NCBI GenBank assembly: GCA_018303075.1
Contig: JAGVYW010000044.1
Location: forward strand, 1-55,861
Length of the DNA stretch: 55,861 nucleotides
Direction of reading: 5' to 3'
Origin: Candidatus Woesearchaeota archaeon
GTDB lineage: Archaea > Nanobdellota > Nanobdellia > Woesearchaeales > DSVV01
Positions within the stretch are counted from its first letter, which is position 1. Each line of letters begins with the position of its first letter. The notes below the pieces were generated by a model. It saw only the letters and a list, made by a program, of their open reading frames with translations, ran no database searches and was not told where the DNA came from. Shown here one piece after another: positions 18,138-26,473 of this stretch. Made by a program: the position numbers and the translations under genes.

Positions 18138-18735
18138 CTAGAGAGATAAAGAAAAAGAATTTGTAATAATCTTTCTTATCGTAATTATCTCTTTTGCCGT
18201 TAACATAATTGTTATTTCTTTGCATTTTAAATGAAATTTTGGCGCATTTTTAACCATGACTATTCTTTGTTCCTCTTCAACAGTTCTATCTGTATAATAT
18301 TGTGAATCTATTCTTGCTGTGAGGGATTTCTGAAGCAGAATAATTTCTTCACTTGAGAAATAATCAGTTAATATTTTTTTCATGATTTCAATGCTGCAAG
18401 CATGTATCTCGCATTTAATCCCAACCCTCATGAAAATTGCATAAAGCGAGAAATACATCGCATAATATGCAGATGATATCTGCCATTCTTTATTCAAAAA
18501 AAATGGGTTTAATACCCAGCAGCTCTGCTGCGACCAATTTTTAAGAGTAAAAATCCCTTTTTTGTTATTGAATGCCCCGCAGCTTGCTGCGATTGGGATT
18601 TTTACTTTCTTCCAAAACTTTTACTGCTCTTAAAGCATTCTCTGCTTTTTCAATATATTCTTGTGAAAGATTTAAATTAGGTTCAATTAATTCTAGTCCA
18701 TTTCTTTGTTTTTTACACCAAGCTAATTTATCCAT
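18138..18735 (-). pseudogene. HEPN-domain gene interrupted by a ~106 nt insert
   Basis: The 5' part (18735-18598) encodes MDKLAWCKKQRNGLELIEPNLNLSQEYIEKAENALRAVKVLEESKN, and its ATG overlaps the end of the upstream nucleotidyltransferase gene. The 3' part continues KEWQISSAYYAMYFSLYAIFMRVGIKCEIHAC... in a frame offset by 1. Confidence 0.7.
18492..18597 (-). repeat. tandem pair of ~50 nt hairpin units inserted in the HEPN gene
   Basis: Unit A has an 11 bp stem (GTAAAAATCCC...GGGATTTTTAC) enclosing CGCAG-CAAG-CTGCG. Unit B is AAAAATTGG..GCAGC-AGA-GCTGC..CCCATTTTT. The boundaries are approximate. Confidence 0.6.
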
Positions 18736-19292
18736 TGGTTTACCTCTTGTATGAATTGTTCAATATTTTTTATGAGTATGTGATTTTTTTCAACCTCTTT
18801 TATTAATCTATTTTGTTTAAATGATTTTTGATGTTTTATATTAACATCTATGTTAAATGTGCTGCTGATTGACGCAATTTTTTCTTCATCATAATTACCT
18901 ATGATAAAAATATCAAGATCAGAGGTTTCTTTTTGAGTATTCTTCGCATATGATCCAAAAATAGCAGCTATCCCTTGTATATATGGAAGAATTTTTTGGA
19001 TTATTAGTTTAATGTTTGGGTTTTCGTGGTAAAAATAAAATGTTCTTAAGTGTTCTATAAGACAGAGAAAATGCCGAACGAGCTCTTGATTTGATTTATT
19101 TAATTGATAAAGCTTATTTTTTCCTTGCATTTCGCTTATTAGTATGCCTTGTTTTTCCAGATCTTCCAAGAATAAATAGATAGATTTTTGATTTAAGTTA
19201 TGTTTTTTTGCGATTTGGCTTGCTGTTATCTTTTCATCCGTATTTAAGATAAAAGATTCAAAAAAGATAATCTTTTGTTCTGTTAGTATCAT
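18723..19292 (-). CDS. wHTH-fused nucleotidyltransferase (MNT-type antitoxin-like)
   Basis: A wHTH-like N-terminus (ITASQIAKKHNLNQKSIYLFLEDLEKQGIL) is followed by GSYAKNTQKETSDLDIFIIG, the GSx10DxD nucleotidyltransferase motif. Confidence 0.7.
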   Translation of the reverse strand: MILTEQKIIFFESFILNTDEKITASQIAKKHNLNQKSIYLFLEDLEKQGILISEMQGKNKLYQLNKSNQELVRHFLCLIEHLRTFYFYHENPNIKLIIQKILPYIQGIAAIFGSYAKNTQKETSDLDIFIIGNYDEEKIASISSTFNIDVNIKHQKSFKQNRLIKEVEKNHILIKNIEQFIQEVNQWIN

Positions 19293-19545
19293 ATTACTGA
19301 TATAAGTAATAACTTACTTATAAATGTTTTTGTTAGAAACATTCATAGATTAATATAATCCTCATTATTTCTCCAATGGTGCCATTATCCTTATATCCTT
19401 GCTCTTTTTTTCCAAAAAGTTTTCTTGTTAATGATAGATACTTTTTTTTGTCTTTCGGAATATTTATTCCCAAAACAAGGAATAAAAGTACAGTGGAAAA
19501 GATTAATATACCACCCTAACTTGAATCAAAAAAATCTGTTTGAAT

Positions 19546-22500
19546 TTACTGCAGAATATGCTCAACCATTTCTTCTTTCCAGCCAACGCTTATTAATTTT
19601 TGTTTGACTTGCTCTTTTGTAAATCCTTTTTGCAGCTCCATCTGCGCATATTGTTTTAGCTTATCAAACTTTGCTTGTTCTATTGCTGACATTTGTGGTT
19701 GTTGTTGCATTGGCTGTTGAACTTGTTGCTGCTGAAGAACTTGCTGTTGCTCAACTGGTTTCATTTGTTGAGCTTGTTGTGATTGTTGAACAACTTGTTG
19801 AGGTTGCTGCTGAACTTGCGCAGGTTTTTGTATAGATTGAATTATTGGCTGTGCCACAGGCTGTTGCTGCACAGTTATCTTAGGTGGAGCAACTAATGGC
19901 TGTGCTACTTTTTGCAATGGTGCTTGTTGAGATTGCACAGGTTTTTGTTGCACTTGTTGCTGTGTGCCTAATTGATCTTGCACAGCATTATGCTGTTTTC
20001 TTTTGATTATAACAAATACAAGCATAGCAGCTACTACAAATGCTAAGAGTAACAAATACCATACAAAAGCTTTTTTTGGCTTCTTTTCTTTATCCATATC
20101 TTTTTCTGTTGCCACTTTATCTGATGTTGCACCTTCCTTATCTTCACCAGACATATCTAAACCTTCACCAACAAAACCTTCCCCTTTTTGAGATTTTGCT
20201 TGAGCTAATCCTTGCACTTTTACTTGAGCAACTGGTGGACATGGTTTACAATCATTTCCGCCGCAATCTACTCCTTGTTCATCGCTATCTTTCTGCTTAT
20301 TGAAACATTTATTGACTAAAGGTGGAACAAACAATGCTGAACATACTTTCTCAATTTTCTTATCTTTTTTGCAGCTATTTGTTGAAGGACACTGATAAGT
20401 TTTAATTCCAACCAAACAAGGCTGTTTTTCTAATTCTGTTTGACACAATGGATCATTATATTGTGCAGAGCATGAACTTCCACTGCTTCCGCCACCTCCA
20501 CTGTTTGAAGGTGTTCCTGGACCATCTGTTTTAGGAGCAACTGGTTTAGGACAGCCGCATAGCTGTAGTTTCAATGAATCATAATTAGTAGTAAATTGGC
20601 TTTCATCAACTGTCCAATCTTTTGATTCAAAGTAAAATTTGTTTTTTTGATTTAAAGTAATTGTATAGATTGCCCCTTTTGCATCAGTTACTTTTACAGT
20701 GATTTTATCTTCAGTGCAGGATGTCAATGAACAAACTTTATTTGACAATACTACTGCTTTTCCATCTGCAACTAAAGCAGCTGAAGGAACCAAACAATCC
20801 TTTTTTTTATCGCAATTCTCTTTATGCTCTTCAACACCTTTTGCATCAAGCACTTGTATAGATAATATTCCATCTGGATCTGTTATATTGACTGTAACAA
20901 AATTATTTCCATCTTTATCCTCTTTGTCTAAATCAAGATATGCTTTGCCAGAAGCTGGTTGATTAGGCTTGCCATCATCGCAAATATTACTGATTGCAAC
21001 GTACTTAGTACCTTCAGCACAAACACATTTATTATCAGCACATGTTTCAGGACAGTCTATTAACGATATCTCTTCTGTTGTTTCAGTATTTGTCGTAATT
21101 AATTTGTTATCAACACAAGCAATTGTTATAGGAGTGCAGCTGCCAATACCTTCAGGAGCTGTGCATAATTCATTTTCAGTACATTCTTTGACAATCTCTG
21201 ATTCATATATACAAGTAAGTTTATCCAATACTTTTTCGTATAGAGTATTTTTATCTCCGCAATACTGTCCTTCTTTTTCTGGCTTATCACAAACACAAGC
21301 ACCTTGACTGCAGATACTTCCTTCTGGACATTGAATAACCTCTGAACCATATGATAAATCTTCTTTACAATAATATTCATAAACAAATCCGCTTCCTTCA
21401 ACAGTAGATTCATCTTCTGGTTCAACGCAATAATCTGTAAAATGAGGAGCATTATATGTTTCAGTTGCAACTGTTCCTTTATTAGTTATATTCTTGCTAA
21501 CTATTGTTCCTTCTGAATCTATGCAGTATTTAGAAACTTCAACACATACATTATTCTTACATTCCTGAGTTCCTAAGCAATTGATTAAAGAATCACAATA
21601 GCCAGAAACTTTTTTACATTTTTTATCAGCATTACATGTGAAACCAATTGGACACTCAGAAGCATCAGTACAGCTTTCAGGCATTTTTACACATGAATTT
21701 TGCAAACATTCTTCACCTTCAGCACATTCACTTGAACTTGAACATAATCCTGCAATCTTTACACATTTATTTGTAGTTTTGTCACAATTATAATTAATTG
21801 GACAATCTGTTACAGAACTGCAACTTTCTGGCAACGCCACACAAGCACCTGATTGACAAACAGTATCTGCTGAACAATCTTTTAGTTCTAATGATACAAA
21901 CAAACCTGCTTCAGTACATGTTGTCTCAATTATTTGTGAATCGGCACATGTATCTTCTCCGGCTTTTATAGAAACCCCTTCAGCATCTGTTACATACACT
22001 TCTCCTTTTATATTTTCAGCATTTGCTGCATCTGTATCTTTACAGAGTAATGTTTGACCTGGCTGATCATCAGAACTATCTGAAGAAACATCAAGAATAC
22101 AAACACCTTCACTACATTTATATCCACTTGGACAATTTATTTCTTCAAAGTTATAATAATCTTTGTCACTGCATACTCCTTCTGCTAATTTTCCATCAGC
22201 ACTACAATAATCAGACTCTGATTCTTCTGTTTCATTTTCTGAATTTATGCCAGTAATTAAACTCTTTTTATAAATTGAACCAGCATTATATGATTCTTCA
22301 AATCCCTGTGAATAAGGAACATATGTCTTATCTTCATCATTACACTTACCATTTATTTTTTTACACTCACCATCTATGCAAAATGTTTGTTCAACGCATT
22401 TTTGAATTTTTGTTGCAGATGAACCATCTAAATTACAATAATATTCATAGAGATATTCACTACTTTGTACCTTTGTGCCTGAGTTCTCAGATGTGATGCA

Positions 22501-25302
22501 AAAGTCAGAATATGTACTACCTGTTTGAAGAGTAAGAGTTCCTTTTTTTGTTTCATCATCTTTATCACTGTCAACACATAAATCTTGTTTGTTCTGTGAA
22601 CCTATTTCTTTCTTAGCACATATTCCACCGTTGCAAGCATAACCCTCTTGGCAAGTAATTTCATTTGTTACTAATTGACCAACATCACCGCAACTATATT
22701 CTATAACATTATTTCCATCAACAGTACATGAATCAGTTTCAGTATTAATTGTTCCATCTTGTTTAATAAACTTAACAGAACCAAGACTATCTGTAAATTC
22801 TCCACCATCAGAATCTTCGCAGATTTGTTGAGCAGGTTCTGGAGGTGTTTCAGGACATACAGGACAGATATTACCACAATCTACACCATCTTCTCCTACA
22901 TCTTGAACACCATTAGCACAAGAATTTACAGGTACAACTATTTCTGGTACAAACTCTTTTTCTTGAATTTTTTTATCAACATACTTCAACACAACTTTAT
23001 AATTCTTCTTTATGAAGCCTAAAGGTAATCCTTGAGTAGATATATTCTGTTTGATCATACAAGCAATTTGTTGTTTACAAATTACTTGATCTTGATTACA
23101 AACTAGATTAAAGATTGATTTTGAATTTTGTATATTTTCTTTTTCTGTTGCTATAAATTCAACTGACTCCAATTGCTTATCACCAACAACATCAATTTTA
23201 TAACAAAAATCAAAATTCTCTGAAGTTGAGGAAACTAATTTTAGTTTTTCTGCTTCAGTTGCTGTAATTGCAGCTTTATTTTCAACATCTACAACTGTAA
23301 ATGTGATTGTTGACAACGGAGTGTCATCTCCTGTTTTTGGAACATTCTCTGGCAGCACACAAGCTCCATCAAAACAAGAATAACCTTCACCATATTTTGT
23401 TTGACAATTTATATTTGAAGTTGAATAAGTATTAGCACCTAAACAAAATTGTTCGTATAATACAGGGCCTCCATCACTTTTGCATTTATCATCTACTGGT
23501 TGACCATCATTAATAGTTATATATGATTTTGTTTTGAATGAAGCATAATTTGATACAAAATTTTCTGCTTGAGCATTTGGTGAGAATGTATTATCATTAT
23601 CTTTACATGCTTGAACTGGTAATATACAAGTACCTTGATTACAAACAATTCCTACTGGACAATCAATTTCCGTCGGTGTTGCTTTCTTTGTTACAGCATC
23701 ACAATAATATTCAACCAACTGACCTTTTTCATTACAATCATCAATATAACTTCCTGTGCTATCTGTTGTAGTTCCTTGTTGAGCAATATCTATCTTATCA
23801 GAATCAGTACATTCTGAAGCAGGATCTTTTGATGCAATTTTGCATGCTTTTGTTGTTAAATCACAACCATCCTCACATGTGACTGGTTCAGCTGATTTTA
23901 CATTTGCTTGATTATCACAATAATACTTTACAAACGTTCCTTCTAAACACTGATCAATTGATTTTTCACCAGCAAGATTTACTTCTCCAGCTATAAAAGG
24001 ATTATCAGTTAGATCTGAATCCATACAAGAAATGATTACTGGTTGTATTACATCATCTTCAACACATTGAAAATTTTTGTTACAACCATTTTCACATTCT
24101 TTTATGATTACTTGTTCTTGATTGCCTAAATCATCACATGTTGCTTTTTGAACAGAATCTTTATAAAATGTTTGCCCGTCTGTTTCATAAGAAGTGCTGA
24201 TACAAGTATAATACTCTTCACATAGTATTGTATCTTTTTTAGGTTTGACAGGTTCTGGCGGAGATTCTTCAACTTTGCATGCGCCTGCTTCACATATGCA
24301 AAGTTTTTCAATTTGTTTATGATTATTATCTTCACAGTAATATTCAATCAAGTATTGCTTTCCTTTATTTGGTCCTTTAGATAAAGGAGTTCCATAACAA
24401 TTATCTTCCTTTGTAATTACTCCAGTTTCAGCAGTTATTGCAACTGATCCTTTTGTATTAAATACAATTCCACCATCTGAATCAATACATTGAGATTCTG
24501 CTCCTGGTATAGGCACTGATTTCTCTGCGCATATTCCTGAAAAACAATAATTTGATTGGCAATCTTGATCATATTTGCAAGTATTACCATCAACACATTT
24601 ATTTGGACAAGAATCTCCGCCGCAATCTACATCTGTTTCATCTTGATTTTTGATATTATCTATACATGTTTCTTTTGGTTTCTCTACACACATATCAGCA
24701 TCGCATTTATAACCTTCATCACACTGAATTTCTTTTGGAGTTATTTCATTATTCTCACAGATAAATTCATTTACAGTTGTTTCATCTTTGCAATAATCTG
24801 TTTGTGTAGCATCTCCTTTTTTAGTAATTCCTTTTTCAGTAACAACATCACCGTCTGAATCTTCACATTCGTCCTCATCACCTGCTTCTAATGGCTTTGC
24901 TTGACATGTACCTACAAATATTTCTTGTTGTTTTGTTACATCACAGAACTCATTAGCGTCAACATTACAATCAAGATCATTATTACAACCATCACCAATT
25001 GCTTTTCCAGAGATGTCTTTTCCACTTTTAGAAATTGAATTAAATAATAACAATAAAATAAATAATAACATAACTACAGCTGCTATAATATAAACACGTT
25101 TGTGATGTGGGTGCATTCCAACACGCAATTCTTCTAAATTGATATTCTGTTGAGACAGTTGTTGAGTATCTTGCAAATTTTGCTGTGACTGTATTTGCTG
25201 CTCTTGCATAGATTGAATTGGTTGTTGAACAATAGTTTTAACTCTATGTTGGGTATGCCTTGCTTTTCTTTTTACATTGCTCTTTTTTTGTTTCTTTACC
25301 AT
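19546..25302 (-). CDS. giant (1918 aa) Cys-rich cell-surface protein, paralog of the 2427 aa protein
   Basis: The leader runs MVKKQKK basic head, Q-rich linker, MHPHHK, TM helix, then DISGKAI. At least 10 six-Cys modules (CxDSD...EYYC...C...GxC) and three DCGG mini-modules follow. The membrane-proximal region is homologous to the 2427 aa protein. A C-terminal TM, a Q/P-rich tail and a GW module complete it. Confidence 0.85.
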   Translation of the reverse strand: MVKKQKKSNVKRKARHTQHRVKTIVQQPIQSMQEQQIQSQQNLQDTQQLSQQNINLEELRVGMHPHHKRVYIIAAVVMLLFILLLLFNSISKSGKDISGKAIGDGCNNDLDCNVDANEFCDVTKQQEIFVGTCQAKPLEAGDEDECEDSDGDVVTEKGITKKGDATQTDYCKDETTVNEFICENNEITPKEIQCDEGYKCDADMCVEKPKETCIDNIKNQDETDVDCGGDSCPNKCVDGNTCKYDQDCQSNYCFSGICAEKSVPIPGAESQCIDSDGGIVFNTKGSVAITAETGVITKEDNCYGTPLSKGPNKGKQYLIEYYCEDNNHKQIEKLCICEAGACKVEESPPEPVKPKKDTILCEEYYTCISTSYETDGQTFYKDSVQKATCDDLGNQEQVIIKECENGCNKNFQCVEDDVIQPVIISCMDSDLTDNPFIAGEVNLAGEKSIDQCLEGTFVKYYCDNQANVKSAEPVTCEDGCDLTTKACKIASKDPASECTDSDKIDIAQQGTTTDSTGSYIDDCNEKGQLVEYYCDAVTKKATPTEIDCPVGIVCNQGTCILPVQACKDNDNTFSPNAQAENFVSNYASFKTKSYITINDGQPVDDKCKSDGGPVLYEQFCLGANTYSTSNINCQTKYGEGYSCFDGACVLPENVPKTGDDTPLSTITFTVVDVENKAAITATEAEKLKLVSSTSENFDFCYKIDVVGDKQLESVEFIATEKENIQNSKSIFNLVCNQDQVICKQQIACMIKQNISTQGLPLGFIKKNYKVVLKYVDKKIQEKEFVPEIVVPVNSCANGVQDVGEDGVDCGNICPVCPETPPEPAQQICEDSDGGEFTDSLGSVKFIKQDGTINTETDSCTVDGNNVIEYSCGDVGQLVTNEITCQEGYACNGGICAKKEIGSQNKQDLCVDSDKDDETKKGTLTLQTGSTYSDFCITSENSGTKVQSSEYLYEYYCNLDGSSATKIQKCVEQTFCIDGECKKINGKCNDEDKTYVPYSQGFEESYNAGSIYKKSLITGINSENETEESESDYCSADGKLAEGVCSDKDYYNFEEINCPSGYKCSEGVCILDVSSDSSDDQPGQTLLCKDTDAANAENIKGEVYVTDAEGVSIKAGEDTCADSQIIETTCTEAGLFVSLELKDCSADTVCQSGACVALPESCSSVTDCPINYNCDKTTNKCVKIAGLCSSSSECAEGEECLQNSCVKMPESCTDASECPIGFTCNADKKCKKVSGYCDSLINCLGTQECKNNVCVEVSKYCIDSEGTIVSKNITNKGTVATETYNAPHFTDYCVEPEDESTVEGSGFVYEYYCKEDLSYGSEVIQCPEGSICSQGACVCDKPEKEGQYCGDKNTLYEKVLDKLTCIYESEIVKECTENELCTAPEGIGSCTPITIACVDNKLITTNTETTEEISLIDCPETCADNKCVCAEGTKYVAISNICDDGKPNQPASGKAYLDLDKEDKDGNNFVTVNITDPDGILSIQVLDAKGVEEHKENCDKKKDCLVPSAALVADGKAVVLSNKVCSLTSCTEDKITVKVTDAKGAIYTITLNQKNKFYFESKDWTVDESQFTTNYDSLKLQLCGCPKPVAPKTDGPGTPSNSGGGGSSGSSCSAQYNDPLCQTELEKQPCLVGIKTYQCPSTNSCKKDKKIEKVCSALFVPPLVNKCFNKQKDSDEQGVDCGGNDCKPCPPVAQVKVQGLAQAKSQKGEGFVGEGLDMSGEDKEGATSDKVATEKDMDKEKKPKKAFVWYLLLLAFVVAAMLVFVIIKRKQHNAVQDQLGTQQQVQQKPVQSQQAPLQKVAQPLVAPPKITVQQQPVAQPIIQSIQKPAQVQQQPQQVVQQSQQAQQMKPVEQQQVLQQQQVQQPMQQQPQMSAIEQAKFDKLKQYAQMELQKGFTKEQVKQKLISVGWKEEMVEHILQ

Positions 25303-25317
25303 CTTTTTTACCTATTT

Positions 25318-25346
25318 AAAAAAAACTTCACTTCGTTCGTTTTTTT
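25318..25346 (-). promoter_or_regulatory. conserved A-run/TCACTTCGTTCG/T-run element upstream of the 1918 aa gene
   Basis: The 12-mer TCACTTCGTTCG (25328-25339) is identical to 31282-31293. On the gene strand it reads ACGAACGAAGTGAAG and directly abuts a T-rich TATA-like run about 10-22 nt from the ATG. Confidence 0.45.
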
Positions 25347-25370
25347 ATCAATTTTTAGTTATTGAATGAT

Positions 25371-25919
25371 TTAGTTTATTGGATTACATTGACTTATATC
25401 TTGATCACACCCATTTATACACAATGTTATTTTCTTAAACGATTCACCTTGTACACAATTGAATGATATTAAATTACCTTCAAAGCAATAACTTGCTTTT
25501 TCTTCACATATCTTTGGTTTAGGAGCACCTTTGCAAACAACCCCATCACAACCATAATTACAAATATTTACCTCTTTTTTTGCAGTCTGCAAATCATTAA
25601 TGACATTACAGCTATAATCTGTTGCAAAATACGCATTGCCTGAGCTTTTACAATCATCTGTATATGTCTCAATAGTTACGCCATCAGATAATGTAACAAT
25701 ACCATTATTGTCTTCACATTTTGCTCCATCATTTAATACATCAATTGCTTTTCCTGCAGTATCTCCCATAGGAGCATATTTAACTAAAGCAATTATTGCA
25801 ATAACGAAAAATAATACAATAAAAAAGACAATGTATATCATTTTATGATGTGGATGCATTGTTTCAGCTTTTTTCTCTTCTGATTTATTCTCTTCTTGTT
25901 TATTTTGTATGTTATCCAT
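25371..25919 (-). CDS. small secreted or anchored Cys-module protein (182 aa)
   Basis: MHPHHKMIY is followed by a TM helix, DTAGKAI and two six-Cys modules. Confidence 0.7.
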   Translation of the reverse strand: MDNIQNKQEENKSEEKKAETMHPHHKMIYIVFFIVLFFVIAIIALVKYAPMGDTAGKAIDVLNDGAKCEDNNGIVTLSDGVTIETYTDDCKSSGNAYFATDYSCNVINDLQTAKKEVNICNYGCDGVVCKGAPKPKICEEKASYCFEGNLISFNCVQGESFKKITLCINGCDQDISQCNPIN

Positions 25920-25941
25920 ATTTTAGCCTTTTCTATTTTTA

Positions 25942-26454
25942 TTATTTAGTACATGCATTATTGGTGCAAGCATTATTACATTTATACACTTTTGATTCGA
26001 TATTCTTTCCATTGCAATAATATTCTGTAAGATAATTACCAGTACATGTATCTGAATATTCTTCATTTTCTGTATCAACACCTTCAATCTTTGCAGTTCC
26101 TGCTATAAGAGGATTATCATTTGAACCATCTTTCACATCAGTATCAACACATGAATTAGCTGTTTTTATGACTCCTATAACCTGCCCAGCTGTATCACCT
26201 TTTGAACCTTGTTGAGCAATAATATAGAACACAAGCATTAAGATAATAACTGATACAATTATGATAAATAACAAAACAGTCTTTTTGTTAAACCTCACTG
26301 TTTCTGCTTTTCCTATACTTTCTGATTCTGAAGGCAATTGAGGAAGCAAAGCTTGCTGTGGAATATCAACAATAGTAGGCTTTAATCTATTTCGTGGTTG
26401 TTTTTTCTTTGCTTTTCCTTTTGTTACTTTTCTTGTTTTTTGTTTTTTTACCAT
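25942..26454 (-). CDS. small secreted or anchored Cys-module protein (about 170 aa)
   Basis: The likely ATG gives MVKKQKTRKVTKGKAKKK. A TM helix, DTAGQVI and one six-Cys module (CVDTDVKDG...YLTEYYCNGKN...CNNACTNNAC) follow. Confidence 0.7.
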   Translation of the reverse strand: MVKKQKTRKVTKGKAKKKQPRNRLKPTIVDIPQQALLPQLPSESESIGKAETVRFNKKTVLLFIIIVSVIILMLVFYIIAQQGSKGDTAGQVIGVIKTANSCVDTDVKDGSNDNPLIAGTAKIEGVDTENEEYSDTCTGNYLTEYYCNGKNIESKVYKCNNACTNNACTK

Positions 26455-26473
26455 TTGAATCACTTAATTAATT

